DNA of 64,000 bases from assembly GCF_000372725.1 (NCBI RefSeq), contig NW_005202303.1, positions 124,001 to 188,000 on the forward strand, given 5' to 3'. This document shows positions 11,752-23,419 of the stretch, in pieces. The notes beneath the pieces were generated by a model. The model ran no database searches. It was not told the DNA's origin and saw nothing but the letters and a program-made list of their open reading frames with translations. The translations under genes and the position numbers were made by a program. This DNA comes from Emiliania huxleyi CCMP1516. Its lineage: Eukaryota. The first letter of the stretch is position 1. Each line of letters opens with the position of its first letter.

Positions 11752-12356
11752 ATCTCTCCGGTTTGGTCTTTTGATTAAGGCGTGCTGCCTTTCTTTTTAT
11801 TTGTTGTAAAATTCTTTTTATCTACAGTCTGTTGCGGGCATTAAGAAAGCGTCCCATTAAGAAACCCTACCAAGCAATTTCCGCGAAAATCTAAGAAACC
11901 ACGGCGCGCCGCAGGCGCGGCGGCCCCAAGAAAGGGCCCACACACGAGTGTGAACAGGAGCCCCGCTCAAATTTTCTCTTCGCCTGCGGCGCGCGCACTT
12001 GTCATTTGCCCAAGTCTGCGGTGTTCTGGGCGGTGTGGATGGAGGTGTGTGCGTCTTCCTGTCATCCCAAGACTGCTGACTGGCGCATCGGTCCAGCGCT
12101 TCCTTATTGTCATTTTACCTAAAAATTCCTAGATCCCGGCTGACCTGGGGTGCCGGCCGAAGCTAAGAAACCACGGCGTGGGGTGGGTGGGGTGGGTGGA
12201 AAGGCTTAGAAACGGCGGCGTGCCGCGGTGCGCTTCGGCGGTTAGTGGTGCACTAACCTCCGAGAAACCCTTCGGGCGCTCCTCATCGCAAACCCTGTCA
12301 GCAGAGTCCTCCTCCGGGAATGTACGTAAGAGCTACATTCACTGACAAACACACGA

Positions 12357-12550
12357 ATCGGTCACACCGCCATCGCCGTCGGTCGGGGAGAGGGGGGACG
12401 ACACTGCTAGACTGCTTCGGCAGCGTGCACCTCGATCCTGTACCGTGTTTGTTATGACCCCCCCCAATGAACACTCCAGTGAGGGTGGCGAGACGATCGA
12501 GGGGTCCCGTACCATGCGGAATCGACCCTATCCAGTGCTCAAGTGCTCAA
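12357..12550 (+). mobile_element. Dispersed repeat family copy 1 (others 54995-55254 minus, 57186-57448 plus)
   Basis: Shared core GTGCACCTCGATCCTGTACCG..GACCCCCCAATGAACAC.CCAGTGAGGGTGG.CGAGACGATCGAGGGGT. Confidence 0.75.
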
Positions 12551-12617
12551 CACACGTGTCACGGAAAAAAAGAATCAATTCGCCTGAGCCGCTCTCGTCA
12601 CCACACATGGAGGGCGC

Positions 12618-14084
12618 ATGACGGCCACGGCGGCACTTCCTCTACCCGGAGGAGGGCACAGAGGGAGGCGACGCGATGTGACCTCCCGCGCATGCCGTCC
12701 ACGAGTGTGTGCATGTCTTCTGGCCTGCGCCATTTACATCGCGAGCCGTCAACCGGGGTATCAGCTTGCGATCGCGGCCGAGCTACAGCGCATGAGGGAT
12801 GGACTGAGTGATGTACAATCCTCCCTGCGACAGCATCAAACGGCGGTGGAGACGACGGCCAGAGAATCTGTGGCGGCGGCGTCAGAGCTGGCACGTTTGA
12901 TGACTTCAAATGTGCAAACGCGAAGCTGGCAGCTGGCAGCAGCGGCTCTTCTCCTCCTCGCCTGCGCCATCGTCGCTCTCTGTGTCTGCGCCACACGTCA
13001 GCCCTCGATGCGAGTGCAGCTTGTGACGCTCCAGGCCCGCGAGGACACAACCTTTAAACAACTGCGGGCGCTTCGGCGTGAGATCTCACGCATGCGAGAG
13101 GCTGTCGCCACCAAGGAAGCCAGGGCAGCAGCGAGGGCTGCGGCACGGGTTGAGGCCGCTAATCGCCGCGCCTTGGCAAGGCGACAGTTGTGGGAGCGGC
13201 TGTGTCGATGCTGGACGTGGACAAAGGCTCCGGTTGTTGCCCACACTCCGTTGGCAGCCACCGAGCGTGCAGTGCCTGCTCCGAGCCGCCTCCTGGTAGT
13301 CAGGGCGGCCGGGCCTGAAGCTCCGTTGCGGGAGGACCAGGACGCCGAGGGGCGAGCGATCCACGATTTGCTGTCTGCGGGCAAGCTGCTTGTGTTTACT
13401 CTCGATGCCAACGCCGCCGCCGGTGGTGGTGGTGGTGGCGGTGGCGGCGGCAGCAGCGACGTCTTCTCGTACCGCGTCCTCGAGCCGCGTAGCGCCCCGC
13501 CGGAATGTGATGGCGACGAGGCCAACACCGCGTCATCGGGCAGCCTTCAAGAAGCGTACCAGCGGTGGCGCTCTCGCTATTCGCTAGCCACGGGCGCCGA
13601 GGCGTGGGCGGACGGGCTGTGTAGCCTGCAGGACGCCCAGCTCGAGAGGTTCCTCGACGCTCTCCTGTTGCTCGACCTCGACCACGCCGATGGCGCGGTC
13701 GTCGCCCTCTTGCGGCTGCACGACCTCCCAAACGAGTACGCGATGCCGCTTCGCTTTGGCGACCTCCTCATAGCCTGGTCTCCACAGCGCGATGCCGGCT
13801 TCCTCAGCCTCAGCCACCGCGCGACGTGCAACGCACAGTCGGTCACAGCCCTTCACCGCTGGTGCTCCCTTCACGCTGCCACTGCACAGTTCACGCTGAT
13901 CCGCGACGCCGCTAGCAGCAGCCAGAGCGTGAACGCTGAGCTCGAGTTCAACACGGTATACCGCAAACTCTTCCAGGTGTCGCGCATAGCGCCGGGGCGA
14001 CACAAGGGAGGGCTGCCGTCCTCGCCGCCGCGGAGCATCCAGGCAATGGGCGGCGGGCGGGGCTCGTACCACGCTCTGCTCTGA
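12618..14084 (+). CDS. Hypothetical membrane protein with coiled-coil segments
   Basis: 488 aa ATG-initiated ORF with two hydrophobic segments and a non-repetitive globular C-terminal half; no family recognised. Confidence 0.6.
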   Translation: MTATAALPLPGGGHRGRRRDVTSRACRPRVCACLLACAIYIASRQPGYQLAIAAELQRMRDGLSDVQSSLRQHQTAVETTARESVAAASELARLMTSNVQTRSWQLAAAALLLLACAIVALCVCATRQPSMRVQLVTLQAREDTTFKQLRALRREISRMREAVATKEARAAARAAARVEAANRRALARRQLWERLCRCWTWTKAPVVAHTPLAATERAVPAPSRLLVVRAAGPEAPLREDQDAEGRAIHDLLSAGKLLVFTLDANAAAGGGGGGGGGGSSDVFSYRVLEPRSAPPECDGDEANTASSGSLQEAYQRWRSRYSLATGAEAWADGLCSLQDAQLERFLDALLLLDLDHADGAVVALLRLHDLPNEYAMPLRFGDLLIAWSPQRDAGFLSLSHRATCNAQSVTALHRWCSLHAATAQFTLIRDAASSSQSVNAELEFNTVYRKLFQVSRIAPGRHKGGLPSSPPRSIQAMGGGRGSYHALL

Positions 14085-14783
14085 AGAGATCGTCAGTAGA
14101 CTGTTTTGTATGGAGAGGATGTTGATTGTGTTGATTGTGTATGTGTGTATAGAGGCTTGAAAAGCCGTACGTAGCCGTCGAATGGATTGTGAGCAACGTC
14201 GTGGCTTTTTTCTAGAGCTGTCAAACGTTAAGTGAGCTGAACAGTGTTGCTAGTGTTAACAGTAGGAAAACAAAAAGGAAAACAGAGGGTCCCCAGCACT
14301 TTGCGTTTCCGGAAATTTCCAGGGAAAACAGAGGGGGTGTTTGGTGCTCCATTCTGGAAACTCGCGAGTTTCCCTGAGTCTGAGAGCTGGTCTGGGGCAA
14401 AATCTGAGGCAAAATTGAGGAAATCGACAAAATACCCAGGCGGTCGCAGGGTAAGTTCCAGGTATACACGGGTTCTCCGCAAAATTCCCGGCATTTTGCC
14501 GATTTGGCCTAAAATTTGGCTGATTTTGGGCCCAAACCAGCCTCCAGACTCGGCTCAGCGCCCAAAATTTGACGATTTCCACGGAGAATTCCCGGGAAAA
14601 TAGAGAGGAAAAGAGAGGGTGTTGTAGAGAAAAAAGGAAAGGAAAACAGACGGGGTGCGAGAGGCAAACCTGCTCTAGCCTCAACACCTAGACGTGGCAC
14701 CCGTGAGCCGTGTGTCCCGGCTGTCGCGTGTATGTGTCTTGTGTGTGTGGACTTGAGTCCCTTGCGCCTCTATGATTAGCACA

Positions 14784-14875
14784 CCGTCTGCGCAGCGCTC
14801 TCGGAGAGGCGCTTTGTACACTCGGGTTTGGATGGTACTTGGTGGCGCGTAGCGGGGGGGCCCGCCGGAGGCTGC
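14784..14875 (+). repeat. Dispersed repeat (second copy ~44091-44178)
   Basis: CCGTCTGCGCAGCGCTCTC..GGAGAGGCGCT..CTCGGGTTTGGATGG..GCCGGAGGCTG at both loci. Confidence 0.7.
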
Positions 14876-15041
14876 TGGCTGGTTTTTTAGGATTTAGCGG
14901 TTTTTACTCTCGTGATTAAAAGCCGTATATATCTAACGTACCGAAGTTTGCACGGCAGGGCAGTATGGGCATATGGCAGGGCAGGCCATAGGACGCCGTA
15001 TATAGCTCTCCGCGACGATGTCTCTCAGAGAGTCGCCCTCG

Positions 15042-18000
15042 TTACGACGCGACTCTCCACTCAAAAGAGGGCGCTCCGGCGCTCCTGGCTGACCGTTCGG
15101 GGCGGGCGCACGCTCGCTCTACGTGCTGTGCGAGCAGCGACTTGAGGGTCGCCTCGAGCGCGCCGCTCTCGGGCACTTCGGCATCGAGAGCCGCGTCGAT
15201 CCTTGCCGCCGCCGCCGCCGCCTCGGCGGTCATGGCCAGACGGCCCCGTCTTCCTTGCTTGGTGCGTGGGCTCGGAGCGGCGGGAGGGCCGCCGCCGCGT
15301 GCCGGCGTCCCAAGCGGTATCCCGAGTTGAGACGCCGGCGCATCGAGGAGCTCCGCGGACAGCGCCTCGATCTGCCGCCTCGTCTCTTCCGCGTCCGCCG
15401 CCGCGTCCGCCGCCGCGTCCGCCGCCGCGTCCGCCGCCGCGTCCGCCGCCGCGTCCGCCGTAGACCCCTGAGGCCCACCAGCGCGGGCCGGCGAGGCTGG
15501 CTCGGCGAGAAGCGCAGCCGCCAAGCTGCGCACGACCTCGCTCGTCGCGCGTCGCGCGGCGCACGCGGCCTCCGCGGCGCGATCGCTGTCCGAGGCGTCG
15601 GCGAGCGCGCGCGCGTGCTCCCGCCGGAGAGCGCGTGTCGCCTCCTCCGCCTCGCGAAGCCTCGCCCGGGTGGCACGGTTGGCTCGCGCCGCCGCCGAGC
15701 CTCGCGCCTCCTCCTCCCGCGCCGCCGCGGCGGCGGCGGCGGCGAGCCTCCGCTCCGCCTCGCCGAGCTGCTGCTCCTTACCACGCAACTCTGCCTCGGC
15801 CTTGGCCGCCCGCTGCAGCAAGCGCGGCCGCTCCTCGAGCAGCCTCTCCTCTGCCGCCTTCGCATCGTCTAGCTTCGCGCGCGCCTGCTTGAGCAGGGCG
15901 TCACGCGCGCGCGCCTCGGCGCGCGCCCGAGCGGACGCGTCTCCGGCCGTGGCGCTCTCGGACTGCGCCGCCGCGAGCCGTGCCTCGAGCTCGCGCCGCT
16001 CGGAGCGCTCGGTCGACAGCTGACGGCGCGCGTCGGAGAGGGCCTCTGTTGCTGCTCGGAGGGCGCGGCCCTTCTCACGCACCGCCTCGCTCAGCCCGTC
16101 GCGCTCCGAGTTCGCCGCCGCAGCCTCGGCAAGCCGGCTCCTCGCCTGCCGCAGTTGCTCCTGCAATGCGCGCAACTCGCGCTTCGACGCTCCCGCCGCC
16201 CTCGCTGCCGCGCGCCTCTGGTCGCCGTCTCCGACGCCTGCGCGCCCCGCGCCGGCCGCCTCCGCGCCGGCCGCCCCGCCCTCCGCCGCAAGCGGCGCGC
16301 CCTGCTCCTCGTCCGGCCGCCGCGCCGCCCGCTCCGCCTCGAGCTCCGCGTGATCCCGCCCCGCCAGACCCGCCCCCGCCGCCCTGCAGCCCCCGCGCCG
16401 CGGCGCGTCCCTCGACGCGTTGTCGCCCTCCGCCGCCGCCGCCTCGCCCCGCTGCGCCTCCTCGGCCGCCCTCGCCTGCGCGCGGGCCGCGCTCAGCTCC
16501 TTGCGCAGCGCCTCCACCTCATCCCGTCGCGCTTCCTCCGCTCCCGCGCCGGCCTTCGCGCCGGCCAGCTCGATCTGCATCGCCTCGATCTCGGAGCGAG
16601 ACGCAGTGAGCTCCGCAAAGGCCGCCGTCGCCGCCTCCTCGGAGGTGGTTCGCAGCTCGCGCATCTCGTCACGGGCCGCAACCGCCTCGGCCGCCTCGGC
16701 CTCTTTCCGCCTCACGGCAGCCCGCGCCGCCTCCTCGGCCGCCTCTGCAACGGCGCGCGCACGGTCGGCCTCCTCCGCGCGCCGCTCCGCCCGCTCCAGC
16801 CGCGCCTCCGCCTCCGCCACCCGGGAGGCCGCCACCTCTGACACCTCGGACGCCGAGTGGGCGGCGGCGGCGGCAAGCGCCTCGCCCTGTCGGCGGGCGG
16901 CGCTCAACTCGCAGCGAAGCCTCGAGACCTCGGCCGGCGCCTCGAGCAGCCGTGACGCCTCCGCCCGCGCGACACGCTCCGCCATCCGAAGCGCCGCGGC
17001 CTCGGTCTCGACCGAGCGCGCCTTCGCCTCGGCGGCAGCGCGGGCCCGCTGCTCCGCGTCCAGCGCAGCTCGCAGCGCCACCGCCTCAGCCTGCAACGCT
17101 CGCCGCCTCTCGGCCGACCGGCGCGCCGCATCAAAGCCAGATCTGCCGCCGCCACCCCCGCAGCCATTGCTGCCGTTGCCGCCGCCGCCGCCGTCACTGC
17201 CGCCACCACCGCCGCTGGCGCCACTCCCGCTGCCCACGCCGTCGCTCTTGCCGCAAACCGGCTGCTGCTGGCTCGGCGGAGAGCTTCTGTCAAGGAGGGC
17301 AGACACCTGCGCCTTCAGGCTGCTGCTGCTGCCGTGCAGCGGAGGAGGCGACGCGGCGCGGGACGGCGACTCGGAGGATGGGATCACGAGCGACGCCTCC
17401 GCCGCCGCCGCCTCGCCGAGCGAAGGAACGGCGCCCCCCTCGCGCGCGACGGCCAAGCGGCTGGCAAGAGCCTCCGCCTCCTCGGCGGCGGCGGCCTCTC
17501 GCCACACGCGCAGCTCGCGCGCGGCCGACTCGGCGCTGGCCTCCGCCCTCTGCCGCCCTCTCTCCGCGGCGCACAACTGCGCGTCTGCTTCGGCGAGGTC
17601 AGCGCGCAGCATCTCCGCATCGGCGAGTGCGCTCTGCGCGCCAAGCGATGCGCCGGCGGCGGCGTCTGCCTCCGCCCGACGCAGATCCTCCGCCTCACGC
17701 AGCCTCTCCACCTCAGCGCGCAGCGCCGCCTCCTTGCCCGCCGCCGCCGCGGCCTCCTCCTCGTAGCGCCGCGCAAACCGCGCCTCTGCGCGCTGCTGCT
17801 CTGCCAGCTGCCGGCCGCATCTCTCATCTGACGCGGCCGCCGCTTCGCGCGCCGCGCGAAGCTCGGCTTCGAGCGCATCCCGCCGCCCAGCCTCCGTCGC
17901 CTCGGCCGCCTCGCGTGCGCGAGCCGCCGCCTCCCGAGTCGCGACAGCTGCCGCCTCTGTCGCTGCGCGCGTGTCGCTGTCTGCCGCCGAGAGCGCGCCG

Positions 18001-18539
18001 CTGAGTGCAGCGACCTGTGCGCGTAGCTCTGCAATCTCATCGAGCGCTGCACCAAGCGCCTCGCGGTTGTCCGCGGCAGCCAGGCTCCCCTCTGGCTCGA
18101 GGCCCTCCGATGCGAGCGAGAGGAGCGACGCCTCCGCCTGGTCAAAGGCGGCGCTCTCCGCGACGCGCCTCTGCGCCTCGGCCGCGAGCCAAGCGGAGCG
18201 CTCGTTGCGCAAGTGCGCCGCGGCGAGCGATGCGGCTTCACGGCGCGCCTCGGCCGCCTCCTGGCCGGCGACCGCCTCGCGCCTCGCCCGCTCCGACGCC
18301 TCGGCACGCGCCTCGGCCGCCTCGGCGGCAGCCTCCGCCTCGAGAAGCTGCGCCACCGCGGCATCTACCCGTGCCACCGCCTCGACGTTCGACCCGGGCG
18401 CTTCAGCAAGCGCCGCCACCTCGCTCTGCAGTCGACGAATCGTGGCGTCTTTGGCTTGCAGCAGCTCCAGGCAGCGCTCAGCCCGGCTCTCCGACTCTGC
18501 TGCGACCGACGCGAGCAGCGCTCTCACGTCGTCCGCCAT
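15042..18539 (-). CDS. Large Ala/Glu/Arg-rich coiled-coil protein
   Basis: ~1165 aa ORF from ATG 18539 with extended heptad-like composition; an internal in-frame intron near 16200-16420 is possible. Confidence 0.7.
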   Translation of the reverse strand: MADDVRALLASVAAESESRAERCLELLQAKDATIRRLQSEVAALAEAPGSNVEAVARVDAAVAQLLEAEAAAEAAEARAEASERARREAVAGQEAAEARREAASLAAAHLRNERSAWLAAEAQRRVAESAAFDQAEASLLSLASEGLEPEGSLAAADNREALGAALDEIAELRAQVAALSGALSAADSDTRAATEAAAVATREAAARAREAAEATEAGRRDALEAELRAAREAAAASDERCGRQLAEQQRAEARFARRYEEEAAAAAGKEAALRAEVERLREAEDLRRAEADAAAGASLGAQSALADAEMLRADLAEADAQLCAAERGRQRAEASAESAARELRVWREAAAAEEAEALASRLAVAREGGAVPSLGEAAAAEASLVIPSSESPSRAASPPPLHGSSSSLKAQVSALLDRSSPPSQQQPVCGKSDGVGSGSGASGGGGGSDGGGGGNGSNGCGGGGGRSGFDAARRSAERRRALQAEAVALRAALDAEQRARAAAEAKARSVETEAAALRMAERVARAEASRLLEAPAEVSRLRCELSAARRQGEALAAAAAHSASEVSEVAASRVAEAEARLERAERRAEEADRARAVAEAAEEAARAAVRRKEAEAAEAVAARDEMRELRTTSEEAATAAFAELTASRSEIEAMQIELAGAKAGAGAEEARRDEVEALRKELSAARAQARAAEEAQRGEAAAAEGDNASRDAPRRGGCRAAGAGLAGRDHAELEAERAARRPDEEQGAPLAAEGGAAGAEAAGAGRAGVGDGDQRRAAARAAGASKRELRALQEQLRQARSRLAEAAAANSERDGLSEAVREKGRALRAATEALSDARRQLSTERSERRELEARLAAAQSESATAGDASARARAEARARDALLKQARAKLDDAKAAEERLLEERPRLLQRAAKAEAELRGKEQQLGEAERRLAAAAAAAAREEEARGSAAARANRATRARLREAEEATRALRREHARALADASDSDRAAEAACAARRATSEVVRSLAAALLAEPASPARAGGPQGSTADAAADAAADAAADAAADAAADAEETRRQIEALSAELLDAPASQLGIPLGTPARGGGPPAAPSPRTKQGRRGRLAMTAEAAAAAARIDAALDAEVPESGALEATLKSLLAQHVERACARPERSARSAGAPSFEWRVAS

Positions 18540-19277
18540 TTGACGGGTAAAAGGAGAATACTGTCCCGTTTTGCTGTTCACAGCTAGGGACGGCCTCTGC
18601 GGGAAAGTCAAACAACCCCACCTACCTACCTACCACAGGCAAACCTTCGGCTCCCGCTCAGAGGCTCCCCGCGCCCGTGCGGCGCGCCGAGGCGGCGCCG
18701 AGGCCGGCGCCTTGCACCCGGCCCGCGGCCGGCACCGCCTCGCCCCATGCTCGGATCACCCCGACAGCGCGATGCGAGAGCAGATTGTGAATGAGCTTTT
18801 TGCTCGCCTTCCCTGGGACCCCGTGTTGCGTGACTCTGTGCGATTTCGGGCCCGGGGGGTTGTGCGTTTACGTGAATGAGCTTGGTGTGCGCGAGTACGC
18901 CTACGCGGCGCTCCTCGGGCTCGTCCGCATCGAGGGAACTCTCACCTCATGATTGTCATGAAGGGCGGCGGGCCGTGTGCGGGTGCCCGGCCCTCCTCCC
19001 CACCCCTCTTCCTCTCCCCCAGGTCGTCTCCAATCCCCGCCCCGCCCCACACCCCAGCCCCTTCCCGCCTGCCTCGACCCCCCTCCTCGACCCTCCTCCT
19101 GCGAGCTCGCAGGGCCCCCCGGAGGGATGCTCAACCGCCCCGCTCCACTGCGGCGGTCCTATTCGCTGGCGACGCTGCTCACTTCAGTCGGAGGCCGACT
19201 GCCGAGTTGGCAAAGTCCGCAGCCTCACGCGGCCGCCCCGGGAAGGCCACCTTCCACTTGACCTCCCCGCACTCGAA

Positions 19278-22200
19278 ATGTTCGAGACTCCCAGCGCGCT
19301 GCGCTTCCAGGAGGGCAACCGCAAGAAGAGCGGCGGCTTCCAGGGCCTCAACGAGCCTCTGCTCACCTCGTCGAGCTCTCGCTCGAGCCTCGCGGGCGCG
19401 CCCGCGTGGTGGATCGCGTGGGCGATGCTCCCGGTCGCCGTTGCGCAGCTGCTGCTCGGCGCCGGTGAGAAGGTGCTGTTTGCGCGGATGGCGGGCGCGA
19501 CGCCCAACGGCGCGCTCGTGGTGCACACCGTCCTCACCCTGCTCAACGTGCTGCTATACGCCCTCCTCCGCCTCGCGCGCGCGCAATCGTCCGCCGGCCA
19601 GGTTCCGGCGCAGCTGCGGCGGCTGCGGCCGGCGAGGCTCGCAGCGATGGGCGTGCTCGACGCGCTCCACTCGCTCCTGCTCATCGACTCGGCCGCCTCG
19701 CTGCGCGGCATCACGCAGGCGGTGCTGGCGCAGGCGTCGCTCCCGTTCACCGTCGGCTTTGCGTGCATCGTCGCAAACCGCGGCGCGCGGCGCCGCTGCC
19801 CGCCGCTTACCCTCGTCCTCTCGGGGCTTGTCGCGGCGGGCGCGATCGGCGTGGCGCTCCTCCCGCTGCCAGTCGAGAGCACGCCGCCGCCGCTGCACGG
19901 GGGCGGGTCGGGCCCAAACCCGATCGTATCGGACGCCCTCCCCGGCTCGCCCGACGCGGCCGGGCCGGCGCTCGCCGCGCGCGCCGCCTTCGCGGTCGGC
20001 CGAAAGGCCGGCCCCTTCCCGGTCGGGATACTCCACCCCTCCTCCATCAGGGAGCAGACCGAGCCGCGGCCGGGCGTCGCGCGCCGCCTCGCGGACAGCG
20101 GCAGCGGCGGCGGCCCCGGCCCCGTCGGCGCACCCCCTATGCCCGGCGGTCCGCGCCAGCTCAGCGCGAGCGAGATCGCCCCTGGGAGCCGCGCCTGGCG
20201 GTTCGCCAACCTCTCGCTGACGGCGGTGCAGCGCGCGCCGGAGTCGTGCGGGTGCGTCGGCTCGGGCGGCAAGCAGACCGGCGGCGGCTGCGCCGGAGGC
20301 CTGGCGGTGGCGTGCGGGCGGCTGCGTGGCGCGCGGCTGGAGGGGATCAGCGCCGGCGAGGTGCAGGTGGTAGCGGGGCTGCGGTTCGTCCTGGTGGCGC
20401 GCGCAGACGGCGGCGGCGGCGAGGGTCGGGGAGGCGCGAGCTTGCGCTTTGAGGTCGTGGAGCAGGCGTGGGCGCACACCGCGCAGCTGCTCGACGCTCG
20501 CTACTCGCAGCCGGTGTGCCATCAGTGCTCCGATTCGGTCGCCCATCTCTCTGCTTTCTCACCCAATCTCTCGTGGCTAGGCCCGACGCGATCGCCGTCG
20601 AGGTGGAGCCGTGGCGCACCGGATGAATGGATGGATGGATGGCACTAGGTGGGCGGCACGTCGGAGGCGCTCGTATCTATGGAACTGCTCAAGGCTCCTC
20701 TCAAGCTCGAGGAGTATGGCGAGCTGCCGGGGCCCGACGAGGCGGGCATCGCGCGGGCAGGCAGCGGCGTCGCGACGATCTGCGACCCTCACTGCCACCC
20801 GTCGCCGCCCGTCGAGCCGAGCGAAGCCGCGCCACCGCTCCGTGAGTCCGGGCAGGAGGAGCAGCGCGAGCAGCACAGGCAGCAGCAGCAGCAGCAGCAG
20901 CAGGAGAAGGCGGAGGAGAAGGCGGAGCTGCCGCGGGTGGGCGGCCGCACCGGCGACGCGGGCGACGACACAAGCGACCCCGCCAAGCCCGCCGCCTCCG
21001 CCTCCGCCCCGGCTCCGCCCGACGCCGCCTCGTCTCGCGACGACGACGAGCGGGCCCGAGACTACCACACCATCCACGGGACTGAACCCACACTGGATTC
21101 GATGCTCTGGAGGTATGGGACTAGGCGCGCGACTACCAGCGCGACAGAGACTACCAGAGGGAGCCAGCCTCGCACTCGGACGCCGAAGACGCGCGCGTCA
21201 TCTACGTCGTCGCCGTGGGTGTCTCTGTCTGCTCGAGCACGCTCAAGTCGCATTGGCTCGCCGGCCTAGACGCGGAAAGAGAAGTGGCGTTCCCCCGCAG
21301 CCCAACCAGCACACGCCTCCGCTCCCTCTTGCTGCGGCAACACCTTTGCTTGACGGTCGGTGTGCAGTCGTCACGCGAGGCACACCGCGTGCACTGCAAA
21401 ATTCAACCCCGGGCCCAGATCGCATGAACAGCAGTCGAGAACGGACGGTCAGACAGAGATCGACTAGTCAGACAGGCAACGCCGAGTCCCACGGAAGGCT
21501 AGCGCGCCACCTGCCTCTCAGCGCGAGCTCTAGACACCGACTCCACCGCACAAGGCGGTGCTCGCACGAGGCTGTGCTTGCACCCTGACGATGGTGTGTC
21601 GCGAAGCGCAGGCTCGCCAGCGCGCCCGTCGACTTGCTTGTCCTCAACTCGTGGCTGCCTCTCGCGCAGTCGGCGGCCGGGCTGCTGCTTGGCCCGCTGC
21701 TGCTGCAGGCGCTGCACGGCCGCCCCGTCGCAGAGACGCTGGCGCACCTCGGCCGCTCGCTGGGCTGCTTGCTCTCGTCGCTCGCCCAGGCGATGTTTGA
21801 CGGGCCCGACAAGCTCGATTGGGGCCACAGCGACCGCCACGACCGCCCCTCTGACTATTACCACCCGGCGACTGTCCCCGCGCCGGTCGCGGCGACCGTG
21901 GGTAGCGGCGCGGTGCCGCCCGCCACGCACGTCCCGGTTCCGCTGCTCGAGTACATCGCGCTGTCGACCGCGGGGGGCGGGGACGGCGCGGCGGGGGGGG
22001 CGGCACCCTCGGCGGCGAATGCTGATTCGGCGGTCTTGGCCGAGGCGGCGGCGGCGGTGGCGGCGTTCCGTGCAGCCAGCGCGGCGGAGAGGGGCGCGGC
22101 CATGGCGCGTGCGGTGTCCGTGACGGAGGCTTGGGGCGCGGCCATGGAGGCTGCAAAGGCGGCGGCGGCCGAGGCGGCGGCGAAGGAGGCGCTGGCATCG

Positions 22201-23419
22201 TGCACCACGTGTGCCATCGCGTCGCCAGGCGAGGCGCAGCTCGCGCGCGGCGAAGACGAGCGCTGGACGTGCAGCGCGGAGGTGTCGCGCGTGCTGCCGC
22301 TCCTGCTCCTCTTCTTCATCACCTCGTCGCTGTGGGGCGGCCTCTCGCTCCTCCTCCTCCGCTGGGGCCCTCCCTCGCTGCTGCACGCCGCCTCGGTGCT
22401 GCTGCTGCCGCTGACCGTCCTGCTGTTTGTGCGGCCCGGTGTCGGGCGATACGGGTCTTGGTTCCTCGCTCCGCCCGAGCCGCTGGGCATGCAGGAGGCG
22501 GCTGCGGGTGCGGCGCTGGTTGTCGCGCTCCTCGTCTACCACTCTGGCCAGATCTTGCACGGCTCCGAGGAGGGCGGCGACCAGGGAGGCGGCGGAAGTG
22601 GCGGCGCGTCGCCGGACGAGGAGGAGCCTCACGCAGCGGCGGCGGCAGAGGTGCCGTCGCTGCACCCGTCGGCGGCGTCGTACCGGTGCAGCGGCGAGAC
22701 GCACCGGAGCGTCGCCACCTCGACATACGCCGCGTCATCGCACGCGTCGACGTCTGCACCTATAGATGCGGAATCACACGCGAGGCTCCGAGTATTCTGC
22801 CCGGCGCTGCACTCCCATCTCTCGAGGTGCGCACCTCAGACGCCCATGTCGCAGGTCGTGCACAACCGCCTCCAACAGCACTTCCGACGCGACGACCACG
22901 GCAGCGAGCCAGCAGCAGACGCCCCTGCAACCGAGGCCGCCAGCGCTGGCCCCCTCTGATGAGCCGGTGCCTCCGCTGGAGCAGCAGCCAGAGGTACCGC
23001 CGCCGCCGCCAGCTTTCGTGCCGGCCGCGGCTCCGGTGGCGGGTGGGTACTCTCCCGAGCCGGAGTCGCCGCCGTCGCCGCTGGATCGCCAGCTGCAGAT
23101 GGCGCCAAAGCCCGTGGCTGCCGGCCACGCGGCGTACGCGGCACCGTTCCCCTCACGGGTCGCATCTGACGGTCTGGCGGAGGGGCTTGAGCGCGACTGC
23201 AGCCCGACGCCGGGCGCGAGCAGCCCTCGCTCGCCGGTGCGTGCGGGCGTGGCGGTGCCGGGGGCGGGCCCAGCAGCGCTCTCCCCCGGAGGCGCCGACT
23301 CGGAGTCCATCTTCAGCCTGAGCTTCCCTGGAGGGCGCGGCAGCCCGGTCGGTGCCGCTGCCGCTGCCGCCGCCGCCGACCGACCCGGGACGGCAGCCTC
23401 GCCCGAGACGGCAGCCTGA
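19278..23419 (+). CDS. CRT-like (chloroquine-resistance-transporter family, DMT) transporter with inserted cystatin domain
   Basis: TM1-5 at ~19400-19870. After predicted introns 20514-20648, 21054-21124 and 21256-21611 the protein reads SSTLKSHWLASAPVDLLVLNSW...LGCLL...PLLLLFFITSSLWGGLSLLLLRWGPPSLLHAASVLLLPLTVLLF, matching the CRT-like TM6-10 pattern. Cystatin motifs lie at ~20139-20500. Start and 3' exon structure are uncertain. Confidence 0.75.

Noticed and set aside
15123..18550. Many long plus-strand ORFs
   Set aside because: Stop-poor antisense frames of the GC-rich coiled-coil gene.
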